NCBI GenBank assembly: GCA_030141605.1
Contig: JAQGDQ010000768.1
Span: 35,130-99,129, forward strand
Direction: 5' to 3'
DNA length: 64,000 nucleotides
DNA from: Tubiluchus corallicola
Taxonomy: Eukaryota; Animalia; Priapulida
Part shown: positions 12,538 to 25,457 of the stretch, one piece after another
Position numbering within the stretch: position 1 is the stretch's first letter
Layout of the letters: each line of letters begins with the position of its first letter
The notes under the pieces: generated by a model
The model's database searches: none
What the model was told of the DNA's origin: nothing
The model's input: the letters and a program-made list of their open reading frames with translations, nothing else
Program-made: the position numbers and the translations under genes

Positions 12538-13468
12538 GTAAGGCGTGCTATACAAGCTCAGTAGTGATGATAATGATGTTTTTTTATAAGTGTTTGCATT
12601 TATAAATACATTTTCTTGTCTATGAACGTTAACAATTGTTCGTTATATAATATTTAAATAATTAGCTTAGAAAGTTAATTAACGGCAACCGAACACACCT
12701 ATTGCTTACATCAGAAACTAAGCACAGTTTGTGCAATGGCAGGAGTCTCCCTTGAATGTGAAGCACATTTGCATAAGTGTTACAGTACTGCTTAAACGCA
12801 TGATGTCACGAAAAATGGGCTCTACATCATATGAAGTCAGAACCTAACACTGTAGTGCATGATCATGGTTATCACGGTACCACCTTCTACTTGTCGGCCA
12901 TGCGAATGTGACAGAAAGGCGCCGTTGCCAATCTTAGTAGATTCACTGAGCCGCGCGTAGCTTTGAAAGTTTAACGAAATTTAAATATCCGAGGTAATTA
13001 TGTTTTAATCTAAGCTTTGATTTAAAAAAAAGCTATTGCAGTTTCCAATATTTTAGAGCATTCTTTATTGTGAACTAATATTTACACAATCATCCGGTTT
13101 TCCTTTAAGGAAGTAGGAAACTGTGTCAGCCATTGGAAGAAGTGGTTTCATCTAGTTTGTAGTTAAAATAGTGGATACGTAGAACGCTTGCTTGATTCCG
13201 ACATTCGTTTTTTTACCTGTTGCTTTAAAACTTCTGTATCTGTCGATGAATTTAACAAACTTACCCAAAATTTTTCGAAGTTTATACATAAGCATCTGTA
13301 ACGTCAGTGATTTTCAAGTGATTCCATCATTTTTTTATAAAATGAAGTTTGACACGTTTTTGCACCACTCGATATTTAGAAAAGTTAAACTCTGTTATTA
13401 TAAAGCATGCTGACAAAAATTTGCACTAGAAGTTGTTTCCTAAATATGCTCTCTGGCTCAGGTAAGAC

Positions 13469-13684
13469 ATATGAAGCCAATTCCTCACAGCCATATGAAG
13501 CCACTTCCTCACAACCATATGAAACCACTTCCTCACAGCCATATGAAGCCACTTCCTCACAGCCATATGAAGCCACTTCCTCACAGCCATATGAAACCAC
13601 TTCCTCACAGCCATATGAAACCACTTCCTCACAGCCATATGAAGCCACTTCCTCACAGCCATATGAAGCCGCTTCCTCACAGCC
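13469..13684. repeat. 24-bp minisatellite, 9 copies
   Basis: Unit atatgaagccacttcctcacagcc. Mirror at 39702-39917. Confidence 0.95.
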
Positions 13685-13695
13685 TTACTATACGC

Positions 13696-14099
13696 CAGGG
13701 GTGTGCGAACTGCGACCCGCGAGCCACTTGCGGCCCGCGAAAAGTTTTGTCAACGTAATGAAAGTGCGGCCCACGCGATCCAGCTGAAGTCTGTGCCAAT
13801 GTCGCAAAGATAGTGCGGGTAGTTTTTTCCTCTAGATCGGATGCCATTAACCCTTACAAGACCGTTGTCACTTAATGTCACTGTCGGACACGACGAAATA
13901 TATGGTTTTTAATATAAATTTTAATAACTCCTAAAATAGTTTCTTGAGTGTAGTAGTGCAGTAGTGATGATGTGCGCAAATCGGATGAAAAAAAATCGTT
14001 ATTAGGTGCTACTGTACTTGGCTGCTTGACCAAACTGCATGTGGCCCATGCTAGAATGTCTAATGTGGCCCGGCTAGTCAGATAATTTGCACACCCCTG
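13696..14099. mobile_element. hAT (Charlie-like) MITE, family A, second copy
   Basis: Same TIRs and internal sequence as 10709-11208 but about 100 bp shorter; 8-bp TSD ctatacgc. Mirror at 39287-39690. Confidence 0.9.
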
Positions 14100-14432
14100 C
14101 TATACGCAGATGTTTTAGGTGTCGCTTATCAGTAGTATTACTGATGATGTCAGCGATTTGTCAGGATTTTGTAAAGGGAAAGAAAAGGGAGTTTAAAGTG
14201 CGCCCCAAAAACTTTCCATACAAAGTTATATTGCTCTTGCATGCAACCGGAAAAGAACATTCTTAATAATTTAAAACGTTTAAAATGCCACCTGGTGACA
14301 CGTCGCTGTATCACCATCCCAGTGTGCACCACTGATTCGCCCAAAAACATATTATTGATTTACTCACAAGACAAGGTGATTCAAAATTTCGCTTTGTTAG
14401 TGAAGAAGAGCTACAAAAGCTTTCATTAGTTT

Positions 14433-14864
14433 TACAATAGTTTTAATGCATTGCTTACCTTTGTAGTCGCCCTTGGTACATACCTGTACAATAGTTTCAA
14501 TGCATTGCTTACCTTTGTAGTCGCCCTTGGTACATACCTGTACAATAGTTTTAATGCATTGCTTACCTTTGTAGTCGCCCTTGGTACATACCTGTACAAT
14601 AGTTTTAATGCATTGCTTACCTTTGTAGTCGCCCTTGGTACATACCTGTACAATAGTTTTAATGCATTGCTTACCTTTGTAGTCGCCCTTGGTACATACC
14701 TGTACAATAGTTTTAATGCATTGCTTACCTTTGTAGTCGCCCTTGGTACATACCTGTGCAATAGTTTCAATGCATTGCTTACCTTTGTAGTCGCCCTTGG
14801 TACATACCTGTACAATAGTTTTAATGCATTGTTTACCTTTGTAGTCGCACTTGGTACATACCTG
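14433..14864 (+). repeat. 54-bp tandem repeat, 8 copies, spanning the intron 3 / exon 4 boundary
   Basis: Unit tacaatagttttaatgcattgcttacctttgtag|tcgcccttggtacatacctg. Mirror at 38522-38953. Confidence 0.96.
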
Positions 14865-14939
14865 ACGAGATTTCAGTGGGACATGGCCAAATATCCAATG
14901 AAGCAGTCACTAAAGAACATAACAGAAATAATTGCAAAG
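14845..14939 (+). CDS. ATP6V1C: V-ATPase subunit C, coding exon 4 (95 nt, using the last of eight tandem acceptors)
   Basis: tttgtag|[32 protein letters not shown]|gtgag; contains the FQWDMAKYP motif. Confidence 0.94.
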
Positions 14940-14990
14940 GTGAGTCTATTATATTTAAAAACATATTAAATTATATTGTATTCTATTGTA

Positions 14991-15436
14991 TTGTATTGTA
15001 TTGTCTTGTCTTGTCTTGTCTTGTCTTGTCTTGTCTTGTCTTGTCTTGTCGTGTCGTGTCGTGTCGTGTCTTGTCGTGTCGTGTCGTGTCGTGTCGTGTC
15101 GTGTCGTGTCGTGTCGTGTCGTGTCGTGTCGTGTCGTGTCGTGTCGTGTCGTGTCGTGTCTTGTCTTGTCTTGTCTTGTCTTGTCTTGTCTTGTCTTGTC
15201 TTGTCTTGTCTTGTCTTGTCTTGTCTTGTCTTGTCTTGTCTTGTCTTGTCTTGTCTTGTCTTGTCTTGTCTTGTCTTGTCTTGTCTTGTCTTGTCTTGTC
15301 TTGTCTTGTCTTGTCTTGTCTTGTCTTGTCTTGTCTTGTCTTGTCTTGTCTTGTCTTGTCTTGTCTTGTCTTGTCTTGTCTTGTCTTGTCTTGTCTTGTC
15401 TTGTCTTGTCTTGTCTTGTCTTGTATTGTATTGTAT
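14991..15436. repeat. (TTGTC/GTGTC/TTGTA)n pentanucleotide microsatellite
   Basis: Direct reading. Mirror at 37950-38395. Confidence 0.96.
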
Positions 15437-15614
15437 TATATTATAATTTTTTGTTTTTCTAGAACAATTTTAAATCGCCCGAGTGAATGTATATGTCATT
15501 CTGCTTATTCACTTTGTGAATCTCCCAGTTTCCAAATTTGGCTACCAGCTACACATTTGTAGAGTAATTGATGAATGGCCTTTTTTGGACATATTATGCA
15601 AAAAATTACATCAG

Positions 15615-15932
15615 CGTCATCATCATATGTCCGTTACGTCTATTGTGGACACTGGGCAGGCAGAATTCTAAAATAAAACTAGTCTGCTCTCAAGACAGAT
15701 AAACTCAGCAGTAATCCAACAAAAAACTGGACACTGCTATGCCTGTGGCTTGTCAGCACCACTTCCGCTGCATCATCATCATCATCATACGCCCGTCGCG
15801 TCTGTTGTAGACATTGGCAGGCAGAATTCTAAAATAAAAGAAATCTGCCTTCAGACAGGTAAACACAGCAGTCATCCAGCAAAAAAACTTGACACTGCTA
15901 CGCCAGTGGCTTGTCAACACCACTTCCGCTGC
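15615..15932. mobile_element. Dispersed ~160-bp SINE-like repeat, tandem dimer
   Basis: Two adjacent copies of (cat)n...gtctattgtggacac...gaattcta...ggcttgtcagcaccacttccgctg, with a third related copy at about 62550-62700. Confidence 0.6.
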
Positions 15933-16597
15933 ACACTCTACCCGTATTCCTGCAACATGGGAAATCTTTTAGCCGTACTTGTTTGTTTGGTTATTAGACA
16001 AACTCTGTCACATGATTTTACAACTTACATTATCTATAATGACGTACAGAGTCTATAAGCTTTCCTAGAAACCCATCTCTATTTGTTTACTTTGGACAGC
16101 AAAGATATTTTGAAACTAATCCGTAAGAATGACATACGCCATCAGACCATCAGATAAGTTTTAAGTGTTAATGCTCTTTATGCTTATACGTATCTTACAG
16201 TACTACAGAACCACTTCTTGCAAATATATAAGAGTCGTCGGCCCATTATATCATTATTTTGATTTTGATAAATGCCTTTCTTGGCATGTGCATCATGCTT
16301 TTAACCCCATACGTGCCATCGTGTGATTTTTTATTATTTTTAAATCCAAACAAGCCCGCTTACGTAGATAGATCCAACTTTTTCGGTTCGATAAATATTT
16401 TTAGTCCTGTTTCTCAAGTTTATTTTGCTATATTATCATTGCAACAATTTTAGACAATATATAACATCGAATTCATCTTATGATAAGTAATGCGTTGAAT
16501 TATTTTATTACAGAATTAGATCTTGATGTTGTGTTTTATAGTTTATATTGCACCAGTCTTTAATTTATATACATCATCTGTGCATATCTTTATATAG

Positions 16598-17636
16598 TAC
16601 TTGTAAGACAGTACATGTTTTGTTTGTGTGTTACTGCAGACATTTGTAAGACTACATGCTTTGTTTGTGTGTTACTGCAGACACTTGTAAGACTACATGT
16701 TTTGTTTGTGTGTTACTGCAGACATTTGTAAGAGTACATGTTTTGTTTGTGTGTTACTGCAGACATTTGTAAGACTACATGTTTTGTTTGTGTGTTACTG
16801 CAGACATTTGTAAGACTACATGCTTTGTTTGTGTGTTACTGCAGACATTTATAAGACTACACGTTTTGTTTGTGTGTTACTGCAGACACTTGTAAGACTA
16901 CATGTTTTGTTTGTGTGTTACTGCAGACATTTGTAAGACTGTACATGTTTTGTTTGTGTGTTACTGCAGACATTTGTAAGACTACATGTTTTGTTTGTGT
17001 GTTACTGCAGACACTTGTAAGACTACATGTTTTGTTTGTGTGTTACTGCAGACATTTGTAAGACTACACGTTTTGTTTGTGTGTTACTGCAGACACTTGT
17101 AAGACTACACGTTTTGTTTGTGTGTTACTACAGACATTTGTAAGACTACACGTTTTGTTTGTGTGTTACTGCAGACACTTGTAAGACTACATGTTTTGTT
17201 TGTGTGTTACTGCAGACATTTGTAAGACTGTACATGTTTTGTTTGTGTGTTACTGCAGACATTTGTAAGACTACATGTTTTGTTTGTGTGTTACTGCAGA
17301 CACTTGTAAGACTACATGTTTTGTTTGTGTGTTACTGCAGACACTTGTAAGACTACATGTTTTGTTTGTGTGTTACTGCAGACATTTGTAAGACTACATG
17401 TTTTGTTTGTGTGTTACTGCAGACATTTGTAAGACTACATGTTTTGTTTGTGTGTTACTGCAGACACTTGTAAGACTACATGTTTTGTTTGTGTGTTACT
17501 GCAGACATTTGTAAGACTACATGTTTTGTTTGTGTGTTACTGCAGACATTTGTAAGACTACATGTTTTGTTTGTGTGTTACTGCAGACATTTGTAAGACT
17601 ACATGTTTTGTTTATGTGTTACTGCAGACATTTGTT
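16598..17636. repeat. 41-bp minisatellite, about 25 copies
   Basis: Unit catgttttgtttgtgtgttactgcagacatttgtaagacta. Mirror at 35754-36792. Confidence 0.95.
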
Positions 17637-17727
17637 TTTCTGTGTGTAATTCCTGCTTTAGGACTAAAAGTTTAATCACTGGAATGTGTGTTTTTCTTTT
17701 ATTTGTAACAAATAAACTGATTTTATA

Positions 17728-18075
17728 CAGTCGACCCTCGTTAAACCGGACCCCGTTAGCCCGGATATCGGATAAGACGGACGTCATCCGTGGTAAAGGA
17801 AACTGTCCGATTTCCGTCCGAGCCGGAGCACTAAACACAACACGGCCTACCAACTGTACAATAATTTCTTTATCCTCACAGGTTAACTATTTTAAAGTAA
17901 TATAAAGGATAGTATATAGTGCACAGTATATAGTGCAATGTATATAGGCCTTATTAAGGTGATTATTCCTGTATAATATAGACCATATATAGGCATATCG
18001 GATAAATCGGACAATCGGCTAAACCGGACCACCACCACCACCCCCCAATTAGTCCGGTTTAACGAGGGTTGACTG
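17728..18075. mobile_element. Tigger/pogo-like MITE
   Basis: TA|cagtcgaccctcgttaaaccggac ... gtccggtttaacgagggttgactg|TA. Mirror at 35322-35662. Confidence 0.88.
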
Positions 18076-18153
18076 TACTATTTTTATGTGTAGAAAAATT
18101 GAAGTGTTTATGTTACGTAACGCGTTACTAAATTTTGTTTTGCAATTTTTTAG

Positions 18154-18245
18154 CAAGTTGGCCAGATTGATGCAGATTTGAAAACCAAAGCGCAAGCTTA
18201 CAACAATCTAAAGGGCAGCCTGCAATCTCTTGAAAAGAGATCCAC
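18154..18245 (+). CDS. ATP6V1C: V-ATPase subunit C, coding exon 5 (92 nt)
   Basis: ttttttag|QVGQIDADLKTKAQAYNNLKGSLQSLEKRST|gtgag. Confidence 0.96.
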
Positions 18246-18404
18246 GTGAGTTTAACAGTTTCTCTAATCTAGACTGTAAACACAGGCCATTTTCGAAACA
18301 CAGAATAATTAAATACCTGAAAAAGGCATAAGAAGTAGTTTGTGTGAAACTGTTTTTTTATACAGGCCAATTATTCACATAAACTTATTACGCTAAACAA
18401 TATA

Positions 18405-18994
18405 CAGTCCACCTCAGGTATAAGGTACTCGCCAACACGCCTTTTATAAGGGACCACCAACACCGGTCCCGATTTTTCGTAACGTTTTTCCTATGTAAAA
18501 ATCTTTGTATATAAGGTACTCGGATGTAAGGGTCTTTAGGTTGTAAGGGACCACCAGCACCGGTCCCGATTTTTCGTAACGTTTTTCCTATGTAAAAATC
18601 TTCGTATATAAGGTACTCGGATGTAAGGGACTTTCGGTTGTGAGGGACACTATCTTCAGGTCCCGCGTGATAGAAGCCAAGTAAATTACGTCGCATATAA
18701 GGGACACTATGATCAAAGCGAAATTGATCGATTTTTAACCTCAATTTTTCGCAAACTCGGCCTTCGAACAGCTCAGTTTCCGCAGTCACATACATCTCGC
18801 ATCACTGAAGGAGCTTCCTACATACCGTTTGCACTGAATGTGTAGCAACAATCCATAAAAATATGTGTAAAAGTGCAGAAAAGTACAGGTTTAGATACAC
18901 CCTCGGTCTGACTCAACTTCGGCTATAAGGGACGTCGGATATAAGGGACAGTTTTTTCTAGTCCCGAGGTGTCCCTTATATCCGAGGCTAACTG
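18405..18994. mobile_element. Tigger/pogo-like MITE with internal duplication
   Basis: TA|cagtccacctcaggtataagg ... ccttatatccgaggctaactg|TA, with reiterated taagggac motifs. Mirror at 34403-34992. Confidence 0.8.
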
Positions 18995-19073
18995 TATTTA
19001 TAAATTTAATGTGCTGTCAATCAATACATAAAACAGTTAATGGGACGAAACTGATGCAGAATTTTTGTTGCAG

Positions 19074-19172
19074 AGGTAGCTTGCTAACGAGGAATTTGGG
19101 CGACCTTGTGGAAAAGGAGGATTTTGTGCTGGGTTCCGAATACCTGACAACATTGTTAGTAGTAGTTCCAAG
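19074..19172 (+). CDS. ATP6V1C: V-ATPase subunit C, coding exon 6 (99 nt)
   Basis: ttgttgcag|[32 protein letters not shown]|gtagg. Confidence 0.96.
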
Positions 19173-20631
19173 GTAGGAATAATTTTGTTTTGTATATTTT
19201 ACCTGTTGATGGTTGTTAAAGTATTAATGATCTGCACTCTTAGTGTCTCTGAGAGGCATTTATAACAACTTCTAAAGTCTCAGTTGAATTTTCATATAAA
19301 CCACTGATCTTTATTTCTGCAACATTTAAAACAAAAAATAGAAAGGCAAAGGTGACTGACATTGGCTAGTTTAGATAGATTGTTACATAGTTTAGTCCAT
19401 TCATAAATATCAGTGAATAAATCAAAATAAAAATTAATAGAAGTAAACTTACATCGTTGCGGCATATATCTAAATGAAAAATTTCGCTAGCTTGTACAAG
19501 ACACATGTTCACTCATACAACAGAACAGCATAATGAAAAATGTAACTAGGTCAGAGCCCACACTTTAAACTTTCTAGCTAGGTGGAGCCACCTTGGCTAC
19601 AAAATTAAAATTTATTAAGTCAGGTTCACACTGGCCTTAACATGCACTCTTGATTTACCATTTAATCTTGAAGAAATATGTATATTCTTATTCTTATTTC
19701 ACTTTACTAATTTCGTATAAATGTCTTTTTATTTCTTTTTCATCATTTCGTCACTTTCACTCACCATCATAGTCAATAGTCATTTATTTCACATTACACA
19801 TTTACAATAGTTTCATGTACAATATCTAGTGAAAGGGCTTACAATGAACGTAATACAAATAAGAAATACTGCACAGGAAAAGCCTCAAACACTGTTCACT
19901 TATACACAAAGGTAAATGTGTTGCGGGCAATCGAAAAACAGGGCTTGTTAGATTGTCCCACACAGTGAAAGAAAAAAAAGTAATGGAGTTAATCTGAAAA
20001 TTTAAAGTGAATCGTATGATAAAAACAGTGCTTAAAATGGAATGATGTCATGAATGAAGCTCATATATGAGATGATATAAAAGATAGAAAGACTCTTATT
20101 TGTTAATAGCATGTAAAATTAAGATAACTTGATTAAGATAACACCACTGTTTTGCCACTACTGTGAGGATGGATACTGATAGTTGCCGTAATCTCTTGTT
20201 TATTTATTTTTCAATACGTTACAAACAACACGATAAAAAAACAAACACCAAGGAACTTTGGTGATCCCATATCCTGTACGGTATATAGCAATCCAGTTCC
20301 CGGCCAACGGGCTAACAGCGAAACGTCCGTCGCCGAATCAGATTTGTTTTTCTAGTAGATTGCCCCACACAGTGAAAGAAAAAAGTAATGGAAATAATCT
20401 GAAAATTCAAATTCTCATCCTCACTTGCGTGTTCATATCCTTTCCTTTTATTTTTCATTCATTGGCCTATTGCTTGAAATTTCACAGCCAGGACATTTTT
20501 ACAAACTTGGCTTCTTTAATACCCTGCAGCACAAATGATTTAAGTAATACCTGATCATACTAATTAATGTAAGAAATAAAACTCACATAACAATTGCTTT
20601 ACAACAGACAGGTAATGTTGCATCAGAAGAC

Positions 20632-21754
20632 TGGAAGGCATGGCTTCATACGCTGATGCTCTTTCCTATGGAAGGCATGGCTTCATACGCTGATCCTATT
20701 TCCTATGGAAGGCATGGCTTCATACGCTGGTGCTATTTCCTATGGAAGGCATGGCTTCATACACTGATCCTATTTCCTATGGAAGGCATGGCTTCATACG
20801 CTGATGCTACTTCCTATGGAAGGCATGGCTTCATACGCTGATGCTATTTCCTATGGAAGGCATGGCTTCATACGCTGATGCTATTTCCTATGGAAGGCAT
20901 GGCTTCATACGCTGATGCTATTTCCTATGGAAGGCATGGCTTCATACGCTGATGCTATTTCCTATGGAAGGCATGGCTTCATACGCTGATGCTATTTCCT
21001 ATGGAAGGCATGGCTTCATACGCTGATGCTATTTCCTATGGAAGGCATGGCTTCATACGCTGATGCTATTTCCTATGGAAGGCATGGCTTCATACGCTGA
21101 TTCTATTTCCTATGGAAGGCATGGCTTCATACGCTGATGCTATTTCCTATGGAAGGCATGGCTTCATACGCTGATGCTCTTTCCTATGGAAGGCATGGCT
21201 TCATACGCTGATACTATTTCCTATGGAAGCCATGGCTTCATACGCTGATGCTATTTCCTATGGAAGGCATGGCTTCATACGCTGATGCTCTTTCCTATGG
21301 AAGGCATGGCTTCATACGCTGATACTATTTCCTATGGAAGGCATGGCTTCATACGCTGATGCTATTTCCTATGGAAGGCATGGCTTCATACGCTGATACT
21401 ATTTCCTATGGAAGGCATGCTTCATACGCTGATACTATTTCCTATGGAAGCCATGGCTTCATACGCTGATGCTATTTCCTATGGAAGGCATGGCTTCATA
21501 CGCTGATGCTCTTTCCTATGGAAGGCATGGCTTCATACGCTGATACTATTTCCTATGGAAGGCATGGCTTCATACGCTGATGCTATTTCCTATGGAAGGC
21601 ATGGCTTCATACGCTGATGCTCTTTCCTATGGAAGGCATGGCTTCATACGCTGATACTATTTCCTATGGAAGGCATGGCTTCATACGCTGATGCTACTTC
21701 CTATGGAAGGCATGGCTTCATACGCTGATGCTACTTCCTATGGAAGGCATGGCT
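20632..21754. repeat. 37-bp minisatellite, about 30 copies
   Basis: Unit tggaaggcatggcttcatacgctgatgctatttccta. Mirror at about 31643-32765. Confidence 0.95.
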
Positions 21755-22139
21755 ACACTTCACGACGATTCACTTCTTAGCATCATTACTTACTGCATTA
21801 AGTTTAATATTTACAAATTTTGATGGTGATGAACAGAGGCTGTCATCTGACTAATTCCAATTAATATTCAGTTAAATTTCTGACTATGGTCCCTTTTTAT
21901 GGTCCCTTTTTATGGCATGCTCTTATAGTTGGACTTTCCACTGAAACTTAGCAGACCTTTGAGGTTACATAACTATTTATTTATACCAATTTAAAATTTG
22001 AATGTAAAATAACATGTAATACCTTTTCATACTAATAATACAAATCATACCTAATCGTTTTTTCAAAATTCGTTTCTTATTATGTATCTTACTGTTTGCT
22101 AAGCATTAAATAATTGAAAACTTTTTGTTTCTGTTAATG

Positions 22140-22848
22140 CAGTGGTTCCCAACCGGGGGTACGGGTACCCCCTGGGGGTACGCAACAGCAATGCCAGGGG
22201 TACGCAGAAAGTGTGTCAGATGGACACATTTTTTTCTTTCTGTAGCCGGTGAAAAGGGTAAAATACACCAAGTTGCAGCATCGCGATATTCTTTCTACAG
22301 GTTACGCAATATTTCACAAACAATATCATTCCTGCGCAGTGCGCTAGAAAATACTTTTACCCGCCCACGAAAAGCTTATATTTTGTCGCTTTGTTTGTGC
22401 TGTATTTGGCTTTCGAGGTGTTGGTTCCATTTGTGACAACATACAAATGTGAGCTAGGCTTCAGTGCAATGCTACATTTGAAGACGAAGGCAAGAAACCG
22501 TTTGGATTTGAGGAGCGACATGCGAGTCGCAATATCAACAATTAAACCTGATATAAAAAAACTTGTTGATAATCATCAAGAACAGCGTGCGCATTATGAC
22601 TGCTGTGAAGATCGCGTTTCCTTCTATTGATGTTTTCATATTCGAGAAAGTTGTTCAAATTGCGTATTTCTTAATAATCAGTGATAAAATTTGTGTTTTC
22701 AAAAAAAGTTAAAATGTCGATAATATTAATCGTTGTTTTCTGGAAACTGGTTTTTCAAACGATTTGTTGAAAAACATCAGGTGGGGGTACGCTGAAGATC
22801 GCCACATTTAGAAGGGGTACTTGGCAAGGAAATGGTTGGGAACCACTG
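22140..22848 (+). mobile_element. Internally deleted hAT (Charlie/Buster) element with transposase C-terminal remnant
   Basis: TIR cagtggttcccaacc/ggttgggaaccactg and 8-bp TSD tgttaatg. PFVTTYKCELGFSAMLHLKTKARNRL is the hATC dimerisation motif. Mirror at 30550-31258. Confidence 0.92.
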
Positions 22849-23286
22849 TGTTAATGTATTAATTTTGTATTTGTGTAGATGTGGAGTAAACAATCTTGAA
22901 TCTTGACTCTAAAGCACAAGAAAATCCCTTGCTTGCATAAAACTAAAGAAAACATCATCTACATACTGCCTTATTGCGCATAGAATTTCTATCAGAAAAA
23001 TGCTGTATAAAACTTGAAGATTTAAACTGCCGCTGTTAGTGTTAGAGCAGCCATTTTGTTTGAAACAAGTTTAGGTAACAATGCGGAAAGTATGGAAAAT
23101 AATCAGAGAATTCATAGTGCACTAAACAAAAGTTTAAATTACTGTGTTTTGTTAATCAAATTAAAAAAACTTTGGTGAGTCACTGATGCACACTGGGAAG
23201 GTGATTCAGTAGCACCTCACCAAGTGGCACAAAAATTTTAATTTGTTTCTCTTTTCTAGTTGTATGAGTCTTTCAAACAGGTTAAC

Positions 23287-23632
<346 letters not shown>

Positions 23633-23872
23633 GCTAAGTAATATAACTTTATATGGAAAGTTCTTTGGGACATATTTTAGAATTGCTTTAATATACACGT
23701 TGCATATATTTGTAAATTCTCTGTTCTGTCAATTTCCATTTTTCAAGGCTTGAGTTTATTTGTTGGTAAGTCTGTTAGTCAGTAACTGACAGGCACCAAA
23801 ACCTGCTGTCATGCCTGAAAATTTATGGCATTACTAAGTAAATGTTTTTATTCTTTGCAACGTTTGTTTCAG

Positions 23873-23941
23873 TGCATTAAAAGGAGATTGGCTTGCAAAA
23901 TACGAGACTCTTGCAGACATGGTTGTACCAAGATCGTCGAA
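23873..23941 (+). CDS. ATP6V1C: V-ATPase subunit C, coding exon 7 (69 nt; last exon found)
   Basis: ttgtttcag|ALKGDWLAKYETLADMVVPRSS|gtaagt; contains the YETL..MVVPRS motif. Confidence 0.96.
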
Positions 23942-24457
23942 GTAAGTGCGCTTGTACACATTTTTGTAGTTTATAGAGTGCGCACCAGATGGCACCGGGG
24001 GTTGTCAAAGTTTCGTCTTTTTTCATTTTGTTCGTTTTTTACCTTAGTTATTTATCGGTTATTTACATTGTAAATTCTTAAGAAGAACAGCAGTTCCTTA
24101 GACGGACGGCCGTTGATATTGACCTGGGTTCCGGTCGTGCCATAAACACGCTGTGTTGAGTTAATCCCGCCACTGAATGCAAGATTACGGTTAGCAAATT
24201 ACAGAAGTGTTTGAAAAAGTATTGTCGAAAGCTACGCAACTGTTCGTGTGATTGGCTGTAATTCTTGCCCACTTTTACAGTACAAGGTATTACTTCATAA
24301 ATTCTGGATTAGACGCCTTAAATGTACCCCTACTTTTCAAATGTATCATCAACACTTTTTCATAGTTTGATCATTTTGCTTCGATAATACACCCTTCCAA
24401 CCACTAAGTAAATTGCTTGTGGTATGTTACGACGCCGCGTCAATGAAACAAAGTGTT

Positions 24458-24630
24458 CGTGGTGTGTTACGTCTTTGCACCATCGAAATAAACTATTTGT
24501 GGTGTGTTACGTCTTTGCACCATCAAAATAAACTATTTGTGGTGTGTTACATCTTTGCACCATCGAAATAAACTATTTGTGGTGTGTTGCATCTTTGCAC
24601 CATCAAAATAAACTATTTGTGGTGTGTTAC
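24458..24630. repeat. 40-bp tandem repeat, about 4 copies
   Basis: Unit gtggtgtgttacgtctttgcaccatcgaaataaactattt. Mirror at 28771-28943. Confidence 0.9.
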
Positions 24631-25364
24631 AAAACTCTGAGCATTCAAAGCTTGCATCTTTCACATGATAGGATCAGTAACGATAGTTTCGAACAATGAT
24701 TCTTTTTCAAAATATTATTTATTTTCAAAAACACTAGACTAAGTTTTCCAGTATACACAAAACTAATTTATAGTTTTTTATATAAGTAAACTGTGCCCTT
24801 GCTATTTTGTTTTCTTCCTCCTATGTTTTTTCTTTTAATTGCACTTGGCTTCTTGATAAGTTCTACTGTCTTTACTTTGTACTTACAAGTTTTTAGTACT
24901 GCTGCTGTTTATTTTTGTATAGCAGTGACGCAAATAGTGCAATTACAAGTTTCACTGTTGTGCCTGATTAACTTGCTGGCCATTGAGAAATGTCACTTTT
25001 TATACAATATTCGTTAATTTTGTCACAAAGAGTATTTTCAGGTAAAAATAGCCAACATATCTATTAAGACGAGTTGTTCAGCTTTGTAATGGTCAAAATT
25101 TTTATGTCAACATTCTCTTTTTAGGTTTTGTGCATTTTGAATAAATTTATTAAATGTTTCAATCTGTTTTGTGCAGTAAATGAAGCATTTTTCACAGCAT
25201 ATAGGCATATTTTTCTCAAATAGATAAATTATGTGAATACTTGAACTAGAACAGCTGACATGTTCAAATAGCTAAAGAGAAATATCTTATGTAAAGGAAA
25301 GAACAAGTCACTAAGTATGTTGGGTTTATTTTTTACTGTTATCATTTAAACTGTTTGTGGTGTG

Positions 25365-25457
25365 GGTATGGTGTGGTGCATTGTGGTGTGATGAGATGGA
25401 GTGGTGTGGGTTGTGTGTTGATTTGCGCACAAAATTCTTTTTGTGGGGTTTGGCTAG
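25365..25457 (+). mobile_element. 3' end of a Helitron-like element, cut by the palindrome junction
   Basis: (TGTGG)-type microsatellite, then hairpin cacaaaa/ttttgtg (25428-25445), then gggtttggCTAG followed by T. Confidence 0.55.

Noticed and set aside
13385-15562. Repeat-peptide ORFs (SSQPYEAT, HSHMKPLP, VLSCL)
   Set aside because: Open in several frames and on both strands because the repeat units lack stops. They are intronic, except for the exon 4 part.
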